The notes: a model not told the origin generated them from the sequence alone. A stretch of 64,000 nt of DNA from Felis catus (GCF_018350175.1 NC_058368.1:103356001-103420000); one strand, 5' to 3'; positions 37,083-51,124 are shown, numbered from the stretch's first letter. Numbers and translations are program-made.

Positions 37083-40051
37083 GGGGGGTGGACATAAGGT
37101 GGCACACTAGGAAGCTTCAGGCTCTCATCCTCTCCTAGGAACATCAAATAAATAGTTCCAGACTAACTAAAATAGCTTTGTAGGAGGTCCGAAAAAAATA
37201 GTTAAAAATCTGCAGCAACCAAGCAAACAACCAATGAAGAAAAAGCCACACTCAAAATGGTAGGAAATTTCATGGTGTTTTTGCTTGCCCTTACTACTCT
37301 CCCTCCCTTCGGTGGCATGACAAAGTCAGGGGGAAATTGCCCAATTCCAAGCTCCTTCCCTTGGGATGGAAGGAAAAAAGCAGAACTTGTGTGCAACATT
37401 GTGGCCTTTCTGTGAGATCCAAGAAGGACTAGCTTCTAAACTGCTGGACTAAGAGCTCAGAGAGGAATGGCAGCATAGGACGGATGCCAGGTTGAAAGCC
37501 ATGGGAGGCTGTGGCAGGCACCATGGCACATGAAACTGCAGGGAGGCTGAAGACCTGCAGATGCCTGGGGCAAGAAATTATGAGCAGAGAAATGCACTAG
37601 AACATTTAAGTCCCCAAGAAGATGGAATGAGACTCCTGGGGAAATTAAAACATTGAAAAGCAGACATTTGTTTGGAATATTTCGAAGAATATACACACAC
37701 AGGCCCAAAGAAGATGCAGGCTCAGAAAAGGTCTGAGAAGACCTTAAGTCTTCATGCTGGGCTGATTAGTGAGGCTTTTCCCCTGCACATAGCCAGTTTG
37801 CATACGCTCAAAAAGGTAGCTGTGGTTTCCAAGGTTTACTTTTCAACAAAAGATTGCAAGGCATACAAACAAGGAAATATGGCCAATCCAAAGGAACAAA
37901 ATTAATCTCTGAAAACAAAACTAAACAAACATAGACCTCTGACTAGACAAAAATTTAAAACAAATGTCTTAAGTATATTAATTAAACTAAAAGAGAATAC
38001 AAGCAATAATTTATACAAAATCAGAATGATTTACGAACGAAAGGAAAATATTAAGAAAAAGTTATGTGTGTATGTGTGTATAAGAATTACAAAATTTCTG
38101 GAGCCGAAAAATACAACTGAAGTGAAAAAATTCACTAGAGAGGTTCAGTAGTAGATTTAATCAGACTGAAGAATGAGTGAACATGAAGATGAGTCACTGG
38201 AAACGACTGAGTATGAGAAGCAAAAAAACCCCGACAAATTATAAAGAAAAATGGACAGCATGCAAGGGACTTTTGGGACACTAAAAAGTAGGCCAAGATA
38301 GCATAATAGGAGTCCCAGAAGGAGAAATGAGGGACAAAAGGGCAGAGAGCTTACTGGAAGAAATAATGGCTGAAAATGTCACAAATTTGGTGGGGGAGAG
38401 GGGTGCAGAGAATGGATATACAAATACAAGAAACTCAGTGAATTTCAAGTAGGATAAATTCAAAGTAACCTACAGAGACACATAATCAAACTGTTGAAAG
38501 TCGAGGACAAAGAGAGAATCTTGAAAGCTGCAAGAGAAAGTCAATACAATAGAGTAACTTGAAGCCATATGAAAATATAAATTTCTCTAATAAAAGTAAA
38601 TACATAAACAAACATAGTATTAGCATTTTAGCTCATAACTCTATTTGTAATTTTCTATAGGATTTAAAAGGTAAATGTTTAAAGTAACTATAAATCAATG
38701 TTAATAGACACACAATATGTAAAGATGTAATTTGTGATATTAATAATATAAAAAGGGGCTGAGGTGTAAAGGAGCTTTGGCATGAGATTGATATTAAATT
38801 TGTATCAGGTTAAAACAGATGATTATAACTCTAAGATATTGTATGTGATACTCACAGTCAACACAAATAAAATATCTAGAGAATACACAAAAGGAAATGA
38901 GAAGGGACTTAAAGAGTATCATCACAAAAAATCAGCTAAACACAAAGAAAGGCAGTAAGGGAGAAAATGAAGGACAAAAAAGCTGTAAGAAACACAAAAA
39001 ACCATTTTCCAAACGCCAATAGTATATCCTTCCTTTTCAGTAATTACATTAAATGTAAATGTAATTTTCATTTAATCAAAAGACACATATTGGCTGAATA
39101 AATTAAAAAAACAACAACAGAATTCAACTATATACTGTGTATAAGAGACTCACTTTAGATCTAAGGACATGCATAACTTGACAGTAAAAGGACAGGAACG
39201 TTATGCCTTGCAAATAGTAACTAAAACAGAGCCTAGGCTAGTTATCCTAAAGACAGACAAAATAGACTTTAAGTCAAAAACTGTTACAAAACACAGAGAG
39301 GGACATTCCCTAATGATAAAAGGATCAATTCACCAAGATGTTACAAGTATAAACACAAATGCTGTAAATGTATAAAGCAAATACTGACAGAACTGAACAA
39401 AGAAATAAAAAGATCTAGAGTAAGAGTGGAATTTTCACTAGCCCACTTTCAACAATGCATAGAACACCAGACAGAAGATCAATATGGAAATAAAGGACTT
39501 AACATTATAAACCAATTAAACCTAACAGACATATACAGAACATTATACCCATCAGCATCAGAATACACATTTTTTTCTCGAGTGGATATGGAACATTCTC
39601 CACGACAGACCATATGTTAGGTCACAAGTCTCAATAAATAGAAAGGGTTCAAATCATAAAATGTATCTTTTCATAATAAAATTAAACTAGAAATCAATAG
39701 AAGGAAAACTACAAGATCCCCAACTATATGAAAATTATATGACACATTCTTAAACAACCAAAGGGTCAAAGAAGAAATCTCAAGGAAAACTACAAAATAT
39801 TTTGGGACAAATGAAAATAAAACACAACATACTAAAATCTGTGTGATGCTATGAAAGTGCTAAGAGGGAAATTTACATCTCTAAATATTCACATTAAAAA
39901 AGAAGAAAGATGTCCAGTCAACAACCCAATTTTACAACTTAAAAATGTAGAGGAGGAAGAAAATAATCTAAACCCAAACCTCAAAAAGCAAAAACTAAAC
40001 CCAAAGCTACCAGAAAGAGGCAAACAACACAGATTAGACTAGAAATAAACA
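37083..40051 (+). mobile_element. Old L1 with 5'UTR, ORF1, inter-ORF and ORF2 endonuclease region; 3'-truncated
   Basis: G-rich start; ORF1 (GGAGTCCCAGAAGGAGA, GAAGAAATAATGGCTGAAAA, GAGAATCTTGAAAGCTGCAAGAG); endonuclease region (TCAGTAATTACATTAAATGTAAAT, AGAGACTCACTTTAGA, GACAAAATAGACTTTAAG); the ORF-track peptide ILKTDKIDFKSKTVTKHREGHSLMIKGSIHQ is L1 endonuclease-like. Confidence 0.92.
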
Positions 40052-40058
40052 ATACCTT

Positions 40059-41500
40059 CTTGAACCTATTCTAGGATATGTGCCATTATTTTCTCTATAT
40101 GGTATTTTATAAAAAGTATCTGATAATCATGTTGGTTTCTGTTTCTTTGAAAGTAAACTTAATTTCCCTTTCTTGTTTTCTGAAAGCATTTAGGATTTTT
40201 TATTTATTGATGGAGTTCTAAAAAGTTCCAGGATATGTTTGATTTTTTTTTGTTATTGTACAAATTTTGCTAAACCACCCAGGGAGCCCTTTTAAGAGAA
40301 AGCTCCTAAGTTTTCTTTCTGTTTTGTTTTTTATCTTTGAAAATGTTTCCTTTATTTTTACATTGGATTATGCTTCAAGGTGCTGTTTATCCTTTTAAAA
40401 CTACTGTTACAAGGAACCTGGCACTCACGGTTTCCATCATTTTGTCTTCTGGCTGGGTGTCTGGGGAGAATTCCTGGACTTCATCTTCTGCATTACTAAT
40501 AGAGTCTTCAATAATATCAATTATTTTATTCAGCCCTTCTGTTGAATTATATTTGCATTCCTATGTTTGTTTTCCAACAAATACACTCATTGATTTTTTT
40601 CTATTTTGCAAATTCCTGCTCTTGTTTTTAAATGGCATATTCTCTTGAATCTTTTTGAGTGTACTTCTTAGAATGTTCAGTTTTTCTTTCTTGAATTTTG
40701 TCTGTTTGCTCTGCACTAATTTGATCTCCTTGTTTATCTTGGTGTTTTGATTCCATGTTGTTGATTTTCCTCAAATATCTGGGACATATTTTTATATATG
40801 TGGAAGATGTTTGAGGCTAATTTGTATAATACCTGGTGTGGATTTTCGCTGCAAATGTTTAAAGTTTTATTTCCCCAGTATGCCTCTGCTATGATCAGGA
40901 CAGTATTCTGGTCTGGTCTGGTCTGCAAATGCTTTCAACGTGGTTTGACTTACTGATTGCTAACATTCACTGTAAAGTCAAGGGGCCTGTAACAAGCAGA
41001 CAATTTTTCTCCCCTACATTCCCCACGCCCTGCCCTCGCCCAGCTGCCAAAATAAGGAGAAATTTCCTCTGACATTGAGGAAATTGAGTCTATTTTGCTT
41101 TTCAAAGGAAGTGCTTGGTTTTTGCTTGCTTGTTTTTTCCTACTTCAAGTCTTCATTGACAGTCTGGAGTTACCTCAAACTGTAGCTACTTCTCTTGTAA
41201 AATTGAACGCCAACACCAGGCATTCTTCCCAGCTAGGAAAGTCACACCCTAAAGTGTGTGGCTCTCAAATTTCATCCTGAAGTCAAATATTTGATGTAGG
41301 ACTGCAGATATGGGCTGGGCATGGTTTTCCTCAATACCTTAAGACATTTAAATAATTATTCTGACAAGTGTCCTAGAGAAGCTTTTGCTCCCTGCATTTA
41401 TTCTTTTACCTTGATCTTCCCCCAATCTCTCCTGTAGTTTTCTTTTGAGGATACTTTCAGCTGTAATTTTCTTATCATTCTGATCTCATTTGTTTAATGA
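40059..41500 (-). mobile_element. Continuation of the very old antisense L1/HAL1 ORF1 region
   Basis: T-rich; GCATTTAGGATTTTTTATTTA, CCCTTCTGTTGAATT, ATTCTCTTGAATCTTTTTGAG. Confidence 0.5.
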
Positions 41501-42234
41501 GTCTGGTCCACTGACAGCCCTGCCTGGAAAATAAATTCCAGGGCTGAAGAGAATTTATTCCTTTTTTATTTGTCACTTGCAGGAATTTAGAAGTAATAAT
41601 GGAGATAAATGCATAGGCTAGGTTCAAGATCCTGACAAACTGGCTTTTAAGGAAGATGCTATGAATCGGGAGAGAAAAACTAATGGATGCAAAAATCATG
41701 TATAGCTCCAAACATACATGTGTCTGGCCAAATGCCTTACAAACTTTACTGAATAGCAGAGTACTTTATTTGCTGTGGGTGTGTGATCATGATCTGGATA
41801 AAATATCTAGAATAATTGCTCTCTTGCCCAATAAAAAAATATTTCAAAAAAATTTCTCTAATTAAACTACAGTTCTTTGATGAGATACAGATTGAAAGAG
41901 AAGAGCTTAGTTCAAATTAACACCTTATCAGCACTGGCACTAAAAATGTGGAAGACTTAAAATATATTATTGCAATTCAGATAGGAAGGAAAGCAACTTT
42001 ATTTTGATACAATGTAGCTTGCATGTGAACCCCGATTTCTGGTCTGTGGAGGGAAGGCAGTAGTGTGTTTGCATGTCTGAATGTGGACGGACTATGAATC
42101 TCACCTGTTAAAAGCAATCCGCTCACTTCAGATTTATTAAGTCATTTCACGCTTGTGGTAAATATCCAGCCTATCAAGATTTCTACTCATTCTGCTCCCT
42201 CTCTTCCAGGACATATCTTTGTGCAAGAAGAATT

Positions 42235-42760
42235 CATGTATTCATTCATAGAGCCACTCAACTAGTATCAATTGAAACCTGTTATATGCTAGGCACTAGA
42301 GCTATAAACATGAAGGAGACCTGGTACATCCTTGCCCTCACAGTCTTACACTCTAGTTGAGACACATACACACACGCATAATATGCACATGAATCTATAA
42401 CTTTAGATTATAATAAGCAATCTGGAAACAATAAAGCAGGATAAAGGGATGGCATGGATGGTAGAGGAGGCTATTTTAGGAAAAATGATGTGGGTAGCAT
42501 CTTTAAGAAGAGAACCTTGGAGCTTTGAAGAAAAATCTGAACGAAGATTGGAGATGTGAGTGAAAAGAACAAAGCTGTGAAGATCTGAACAAAGAGCGTT
42601 TTCAGCAGAAAGAACAGCCTGCCAAGGTCTGAGTAGGAATAACCTTCTCATGTTTGAAGAAGAGTAAGAAAACTACAGGGCTAGAGTAGACTCAGGAGAG
42701 TAGTAGCAAATGGGGCTAGAGAACTTACCAGGAGCTAAATCATACAGAGCTGAAAGTAAC
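42235..42760 (-). mobile_element. L2 3' region
   Basis: TTCATTCAT...TATGCTAGGCACT...CTTGCCCTCA...AGAACAGCCTGCCAAGGTCTGAG...GGGCTAGAG. Confidence 0.75.
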
Positions 42761-43929
42761 ATGAGCAGTGAAGGACAGCTTCAGGTTTCAAGCTGTCCTG
42801 ACTTTTCTGTGTTCCAGGGATGCAGTTTATGCCAAGGCTCTTAGCTCCTCTCCCTCTGGAACAATGTCACACAGATCACACATGGTAACAGGCTCCCAAC
42901 ACCCCTTCTCACCTGCACTGCTGATCATCTGAAACTCAAACACGTCTGCCGTATCTTCACAGACTCTGTTCTGGGAAGACTTTACTTCAGCTCTTGGTGA
43001 CCAGCTAGGGATTTCTTCCTCTTCCCTGATGACCATAAATAGTTTTTTCTTATCTCCTCTCTGCTGGAGCTGGAACAAAGAAGATTTACTGGTCATCTTG
43101 GACCCTCTTGTTCTGAAGGCCATTTGCCCTCCTTTGAAGACTCCCTTAGTGTCGTTGGGAGCCATACAATTTTGGGTCCTCAGATGGTTACAGTCAGGAA
43201 GCAGACCTTGATCCCTTTCTGCCTGAGAAGCTCAAAACCCCTTTTCCTCAAATCATCCCCTGCCCGACTGCCTGTGAGGATATCAACTCCAAGGAAAGGT
43301 AGAGTTGAGATCTCTCAAAGATCCTAAGCTCTGTCTGATCCTGATGGCTCGCCTAACTTTTCCTCTTAGCATCTCATTCCAGAAAGGAAAAGAACACAAA
43401 GTGCTCTCATGTCATGTCCTGCTTCTTTAATACTGTATATTTAATTTTCATAAGCTCTGTGTTCTTAGTATAGGAGACTTTGGTTCTTGACATCAAAGAT
43501 GATTTTGATATTTTATTTTTGGAATGTAGAAAGTTCCAAATTCCTGATTCTTATGGCTGAGAAGTATGAATTTCAAGACTTCTTTTTGTTTGTTTGTATG
43601 TTTTACCTCCCATACTAAAAGAGGGAATAAGAAAAGAGTCCCCTGAAATTCAAAGCTGGGATAGAGAAATGACTGGCTTTTGTTTTCAACTGTGCCTGTT
43701 ATTGTTTTGAGGACACTGTGTAGAGAAAGCTGTCACTGATCCATGAATGATGGGGGAGAAACACGTAATCTAAACATTAGTCAGGCACATGTCTAAACTT
43801 CCTAGTGGGTGTTTTTCTCTCAGTGGATAGAAAGATAAGACAGAAAGAACCAGTCAGATAATAGCAGAAACAGCAAAAGGAAGGAGGGGGATAAAACTCC
43901 AATTTTTTAGCATTTTACCAACAAAGATC

Positions 43930-44070
43930 CTAGTGGATAATTGTCACTATCTTTGTGTCTTAGTTGAAAACTGAGGTTCAAAGATGTGTAAACAACTTGC
44001 TCAAAGTCACACAGGAAATAAATGAGAAGGTTATGATCAAAGCCCTTTGTCTTTCTCTGTGTGCTGTATC
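43930..44070 (-). mobile_element. MIR
   Basis: GAAAACTGAGGTTCAAAG...AACTTGCTCAAAGTCACACAG. Confidence 0.7.
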
Positions 44071-44734
44071 ACAGTATGCATCAAATTAAACCATTTTTGT
44101 TGCGTACTTGGGACAGTATTGGAAACAGGTGGTAGCTTAATGTAAATATTTCAGGTTCTAAGGGGATTTCTTAAAATAATATAAGTACTGTTTTTATTTA
44201 TAAAATTTATCAGTTGGAAGATATCTGTGAAAAATCGTAATATTTGCCTACTGGTAACAGCCAAAATCGGATAGCTCATCTTCACATACACAAACCTTTC
44301 TCATCGAATTTCGTATGCTTAAGTATACTGACTTCTCACTCTTACTGAATCAGAGAGCTCTCATGCAGCCTTGTCCTTAGCCCTAGATCTGATATCCAAG
44401 TGTTCCTTTACAGGATATCACTGAGGACTTGGCAGGTCTCAGCAGCCAAGCACAACGGTGCTGGGAATCACTGTCTTCCCCAGAATGTGTACAGTGCCTC
44501 AAGAAGCAAAGAAATTAGGAAGGGCGGGTCCTTTCAGGCAGAGTTTACGTTGACCAAACACAAAATCCAAATCCAAAGGGCATGAGAAATCTGGAAATAG
44601 GAATTAGGGTTAAGCTAGGAAATGGGCAGAAACTTGATTCAAAGCCAGCTTCATTATTCCCAAGGATGGGCTCTGACTAAGCTAACTACAGGTTCTGATT
44701 TCATTTTTTTCCTGTTACCCCAGTACGATTATTA

Positions 44735-44820
44735 AGGGTGCCCCTTTTGCTCTCAGTATGTTCTGGTTTAGGGAAGTCTCAGTTGCATCCGGTTTATCAG
44801 AAAATTATATGGTCACCGTA
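44735..44820. mobile_element. Possible short hAT-Blackjack element (MER81/MER94-like)
   Basis: Degenerate inverted ends AGGGTG.. and ..ATGGTCACCGTA. Confidence 0.35.
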
Positions 44821-45279
44821 CCCCTGTTGAGGGCCAGAAGCCGTGTTGAAGCATCTGCAACTATTCTAATTGATCTGGTTACAGGTTAAATAGGCAAACT
44901 CAATGAGATGATTTAAGGTGCATGACCATGTTGGACTCCCAGATAATATTATAACTGACTAGTTGGATAGAAGTAAAAACAGGCAAACAATAAGACAATT
45001 ATTTGAATCCATTATATAGAAGTTAGGTTATTCCCTACTCAGCTGTCACTCCGTTTCTCTCATGGATTCAATTATTTGTATGCATAGCTGTCTCTACTAC
45101 TAAATTAAATGGTTCTTGAGGTCAGTGCTGCTGCCTTACTCATCTTTGTCTCTCTTAATTCCTAGCATGAAAGTTTAAACATTGCAGGTATTCAATAACA
45201 ATTACAAAAATGTATCATAATGATGATAAAATAGCTAGGGCTTGTCTTATCCCTTTATATTCATACAGAAAAATAATGA

Positions 45280-45440
45280 GCAACTATAACTACTGTTTGA
45301 GAGATGCTATTATTGACTTTATTTTACAGATTAGGAAATTGAGACTCAGAGACATTATGTGATTTTGCTCACAACAACCCAGATATTTACTAACAGGTCT
45401 ATGATCCCCGAATATTCTGTTGGAGACTTAAACTTTTACC
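45280..45440 (-). mobile_element. MIR
   Basis: ATTTTACAGATTAGGAAATTGAGACTCAGAGA core. Confidence 0.7.
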
Positions 45441-47849
45441 TAGTGCACTGCCAATAAACATCGAGATATTCATGATCTGACTTTTTCTTTCTGTTTTGGA
45501 AAATATTATGATTAATTTCATACATTCTCAACTTACTAGCTCAACAGTATCTATACCATCTCTATCCATGAAATTTCTGCCAGGCTCTCATCATTAAAGC
45601 ACTGTGTCTTCAAAAGCATTGTAGAATAAACACAACAATAAATCATTCATTCATGATTGTGTGCTACGTTACAAGGTAAAAAAGAACATTAGTTGATTTA
45701 AATATTTCACAGCAATATATGAGCCATGTAGTACTCTCCCTAGGTATTTCTACGAATATCAGTCTCTTGAAGTTGATACAGATACAACACTCACTTCTTA
45801 TGGACTCTTTGATATCTGTGGGTTATTAAATCCTTATTACTGGATGATACACTTACTGAATCAATCATTTAACAAGAACAACAAAAACACAGTTTGGCTC
45901 ATGAATAAAATAACACAGCGAAGGTGTACTTTTATAAAGAATTACACCAGCTATTTGATTCGAAAACATATGTGTATGCAGTGGATTTAAAAGAACAGTT
46001 ATAACCACCACTGAATGTAGATTTTATTGAATCAGTATAATCTTATCCTAATTTTTGGTCATGAAATAATAAATGAATGAATAAATACATAAAAAAATAA
46101 TATATAAATAAATCTTCAGTTGGCTAGGCTGTGGAAGTTTGAAAAATACATTGCTGTAACTACTGTCTCTTTGAAAATTATATCACACAATAAACAACCC
46201 TATTTCATAACAAAACCTTAGAGGCCTTGTGTTGTACGTAAACCTATGTAAGTATCTGGATGTCTAGTATGAATCACTCAATGACCCTTGTTGATTAACA
46301 GCATCTTTTTTTACACATATATTCAATTAGATTTAAATAACATTGGATCAGTCAGCCAATTCATTGTATTTTCACAAGTGTACGGTCAATTTAGTAAAAT
46401 TAAGTAATCAGTCAATGTCAAAAAATTCAGAGACTAGCTTATCTGGTAAATATTTTTCAAACTCTACCCAATTTCTGGGTCCCTCACAGACACAGTCACA
46501 ACTCAGTCTGATTATTAATTTAGTTGGAAAAATTCTCCGGAAATCTACCTTTCTAGCAAACTCATTTTCAAGTACATCTTGGATGCAATTTTATTTAACA
46601 TTTCTAGACCAGCTGGCATTAAAATTTAACATCACAATTTTATTAAAGAAATCATACCACAAATTTCTCTTTGTTTTAAATATGGATTTCTACTCCCTTA
46701 AATATTTAATGACGATCTAAAAAAATCAAAGATTAAAAGGAAACACTTTCAAAAACAAAATATCACAGAGATCAAGTCAAACCTTTGATGTTCTACTTTA
46801 CATGTCTCTCCAAGAAGAGTAAATTATGTTTGACATGAAGAAATATAGAAAAGACTATTTTCACCAAAAAAAAAAAACCCTTTACCTATAGGAAAGTAAA
46901 GCATGTTTATTATCCTTTAGGTGTTTAGAATTATTACAATGCCAAATAGGAATGTGTCACCTTTGCTAAAGTTTCTTATTTTTAGGTGGAATGGGAAAAC
47001 AGAATTCATTTGTCCTTCTGACAACTAGCTTCTTTGTCTCATTTCTGTTTATTTCTTTGGCAGCTAAAACACCTTGAAATTACCTTCTCTAGCATAGAAG
47101 AATTATATATATATATATATTTTTTTCTATTTCTAGCTGTCAGAGTGATTAGAATTTTAATTAGCAAAGGAGAGCTCAGAACGGAAAATGAATGAAAAAA
47201 AAAGCACACAAAAGATCCCAAATTGGTAGAGAAACAAAGGAGCAACCAAAGCTGCCTCACAGCTTAATTGTTACATCTGTGATTTGCCTCTTCCTGGATT
47301 CCCTGTGACTTAGGACAGTGCTGTCCTATAGCCCCACACCAGCACAAGATGGCCCAGGCACTACTGAACGTAATCCCTGGTTGTCGCTAAAGGTAAAGCA
47401 AGGCTCTTAAGGCACAGGAACAGCTCTGTTTCACTGTCAATGTCCGCCTCTTTAATTTATTCTCAGAATCCTACTGAGGATCATAAGCCCAACCACAAAA
47501 GATGGAATCCACCAAGTATTCAAGGAATAAACACTCTTTGGTTGGTGAGAACACTCTCAAATTTCAGAGGAATTCATTCCTTCATATGTAGTGTGACGCA
47601 CAGCAGGCACCTTTCATCAGGAAGGCACTCAGGAAATCTAGAAGATACATTAGTTGTTAAATATGCCATTAATTGGCTACGAGTCAGAATATTTCTGAAA
47701 ACTCCAAAATAAACCAAAGTCGCCTAAATTTACATTACAGTAGTTATGTCTATCACCTACATTACTATAGTAGTCCTGCGTGTATGTCTATGTAAGTATA
47801 CGTATCACCCAATTATGGTATGAAAGTGCCTATGGATTGCCATACAATA

Positions 47850-48050
47850 TCAGGGTCCTGTGGCTTTAGAGTAACCTGATATAGCTTTGGTCCTGAATTG
47901 TTAGAGCTGGCTATGTGACTTTGGGAAGCTATTTAAATTCTCAGTCTCAGTCTATCACCTATTTAAAGTAGCAAACATTAAATATATGCCATGAAGATAG
48001 TGTGAAGAATGTGTGAGACAATGAACATATAGAGGTGGTGGTAGTAGTAA
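47850..48050 (+). mobile_element. MIR
   Basis: GGCTTTAGAGT...CTATGTGACTTTGGGAAG...TCTCAGTCTCAGT. Confidence 0.6.
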
Positions 48051-48629
48051 ATGTAAACAAATAACTCGTAGTAGATTATAAGTAATATGATTTAACTGTT
48101 AGGCAGGAAAATAGGGCTAAACACTTATACTGAGCTGTGAAATAAAGGAAAGATATCGGCGGGCAAAAAATGGGAGCTGGTGATTTCAGAAACAAGCAAA
48201 AACACAAAAGAGTAGCGCATACCTTGAGGGTAATAAATAATCTAAGAAATGCAAGAATCATGAGAATCAGTGGTTGGAAAAGAAATGGGATATACCAGGC
48301 TGGAATGATGCCAGGATATTTGGGAGTGCAGGCTGTGGGAGAAAGAATGTTTTGAGAGAAGGGGATGACATGAATAGTCTTACGTCCCAGCAATAAAATC
48401 ACATATCAATGTGTATTATGGACCAAAGGCAGGAAAAACCCGTTAATAGTCAAAATAAGAGAAAATGAAGCTCTGCTGTTGGTAAGTGGCACTAAAAAGG
48501 TGACAACAGTGGGGGGAGCTACAACCAGAAAATCAGGACTTGACATCACACTGGGTAATGGACAAGGAGAAGAGGGAAGTTAATAATGGTAACATTTCAA
48601 CTCCAGGAGAATTGAAAAACTGTGCTGTT

Positions 48630-48849
48630 GGGGTGCCTGAGTGGCTCAGTTGGATGAGTGTCCAACTTCAGGTCAGGTCATGATCTCACGGTTTCTGGGT
48701 TCCAGTCCCGCTTCGGGCTCTGTGCTGACAGCTCAGAGCCTGAAGTCTGCTTCAGATTCTGTGTCTTCCTCTCTCTCTGCCCTTCCCCCACTCGCACTCT
48801 CTCTCTTTCTCTCAAAAATAAATAAACATTAAAAAATTAAAAAGAAAAC
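48630..48849 (+). mobile_element. Feliform CAN-SINE (SINEC_Fc2-like)
   Basis: Full length; TSD AAAAA(C)TGTGCTGTT. Confidence 0.95.
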
Positions 48850-50029
48850 AAAAATGTGCTGTTATTTGTAGACATAGGGGTTATTGTGGTTTTTGAAAGA
48901 GAATGAGAAACATTTAAGGGAAGGACCAAAAGTCTTTGAGTTCACATTTGCAGAATGGAGAGATACCAAAATCATGTGATGAATACTGTTCCAAACAAGC
49001 TGCTGCCAGATAGGATATAGGTTCCTCTTTGAAACTTAATTAGCTCACTCGTGCCATTTAAATCTCATCTTATTAGATTCATTTTTAATTGATTATAAGG
49101 ACCACTCAAGGCACTGAGAGAATCTGCCTTAATTTTCAAGTTGCATAATGTGTAATATTTCATTATTTTTAAGATAACAATAAGCTATTAGTATTCCTTT
49201 TACTAAACTTACAATTTAATATGATAAAATTAGTTTTTACATTGACAGGATTAATTTGGAATTGATGTACTTGGGATGTTGCAAAATACCACGTATCATC
49301 CCCCATCACAGAATATTGACTTAAAAATAAATGTGTTACACTCAAAAGTCAGTTCACAACTGCCTATTCAAAATTATGTAATCTTTTAACTATTATGGTA
49401 ACAGTGATTTAAATTCCATTTTACATACAATTTGTGTTTCTGTTGAAACCCAAGCTAAAGAGTTAAAACCAGAAGGCTCTCAACAAACGGATCATTGTCC
49501 AGGCTCTAGTAAATGTGCTATTGGTGTAACAAATTGGTTTGCTGACCTTTTGTCTAGTAACATAACGCATGACATATTTGTAATTTATGGAAATCAATCC
49601 ATAGAGAATTTTTGGTTTCATGTAATTATAGACCAGTGCAAGATCTAAATAAAGGTGAAGAAAAGGTCCATAGGAAAGTAATGGTACACTGTTGATAAAA
49701 ACTAAAAAGCAAAGTTCAAAGCACTGATCCATGCAATGCATCTTTAAATACTGGTAAGAGGCCAATAATTACAGTTAAAGTCAGTTACCAGCTGTGTTTT
49801 ACTGCATACACTTTAAGGCACCATTGAAACTGCAACCCTATACTCAAGAACATAGGGAGGAGGGGGAAATCACAAGACCAAATCTATCACCTAGTTACAA
49901 ACTGTAATGGTGCTGGGCAATTTCCATCTGGTTTCTTAAGTGCTATTTTTAACAGGTAGTCACCAACCCATTTAGACTCTCCCTTTCTAGCAGTAAGCCC
50001 AACCTCCACCTGACTGAATAGGGCAAGCT

Positions 50030-50218
50030 CTGCTTTCAACAGATCTCGGCTCAAAGCCTGGCTCTGTCACATAATAAAAATGCCACATTGGGCAAACTAC
50101 TCAAATTCTCTGTGTGTACATTAGGATTTTGAGGTGTTCTGAGGATTAAATGTGGTGGTGAGTTTAAAGTGCTTTGAATGGTACCTAATACATACTAGGC
50201 TCTCAAGAAACATTAGCA

Positions 50219-50222
<4 letters not shown>
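50030..50222 (+). mobile_element. MIR
   Basis: CCTGGCTCTGTCAC...TTGGGCAAACTACT...GAGGATTAAATG...TAAAGTGCTT. Confidence 0.65.

Positions 50223-50250
<28 letters not shown>
50223..50250. repeat. (CAT)n trinucleotide repeat
   Basis: Nine CAT units at the MIR tail. Confidence 0.95.
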
Positions 50251-50379
50251 TGTTTTAGACGGAGCAATAGAAAGCGAATTGATCTATTCATAACCCTCCT
50301 CTTTCCTGTTTCCCATTTGACAAAGTTTTCCTGCAGTGAGTCAACTCCCCTGCACTTCTAGGCCAATTCCCCAATGCCA

Positions 50380-50790
50380 CAGGCAGTCGCCTGTAGTATG
50401 GCTAAAAAAGCCTTGCTATACTTTTTCTACTTCCTAAGAAATGTCTGCCTCTCTCCACATATAGACCATCAACTTAGCTCTAGAAAACTCTTCCTTCTCT
50501 GTGCTTGGCTAACTCTTATAACTCATTTCTCAGCCTAGACACTCATCCAGGAATCCTTCATTGATGCCACCAGTCAAGATTAGACACCCTCTCTATCCGC
50601 TCCCAGGGCATCTGCTCCTGCCTTTTCCTCCAGCCCTTAACCATTCTTTGGTGTCCCTGCTTGCTGCCTTTCCTTCATGTTCCCAGGTGAGTTCTCTGAG
50701 TGCAGGGACCTTGTTTATTTTCCTTACTGCTATCCCCTCAGCATCTAGTAAAAGGCCTAGCACACAGAAGGTGCTCCAGAGATACTTTCT
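50380..50790 (+). mobile_element. L2 3' region
   Basis: GAGTGCAGGGACCTTGT...ACTGCTATCCCCTCAGCATCTAG...GCCTAGCACACAGAAGGTGCTC. Confidence 0.7.
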
Positions 50791-51124
50791 GTGACTGTTC
50801 TTACAGGATTTCTGTGTCTCTTAAACATTATTAAAAGGTTTGCCACAGTTCAGCATATATTATGTGCCCAACTTTTCTGTCCCAATACCAGAATTTAGTG
50901 TGGACTTAAGCACAAAGTATCCTCATTTTTTCTAATTCTTTCTGTCACCAATTTGGCAGCTATTTCTGCAACATAGTCTGCATATAATTCCTCTATCTCA
51001 GTGGCCATAACTTTACCCTTTTTTCATTCTATTAAAAAAAGCATATGAAGATACAAATCAATAAAATTAATTCCATTATTAGGGATAATCTAATCTGAAT
51101 GTGAATAAGGGATATCTTAGTACG

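Noticed and set aside
39169..40042. ORFs with endonuclease-like peptides
   Set aside because: Frameshifted fragments of L1 ORF2, not a host gene.
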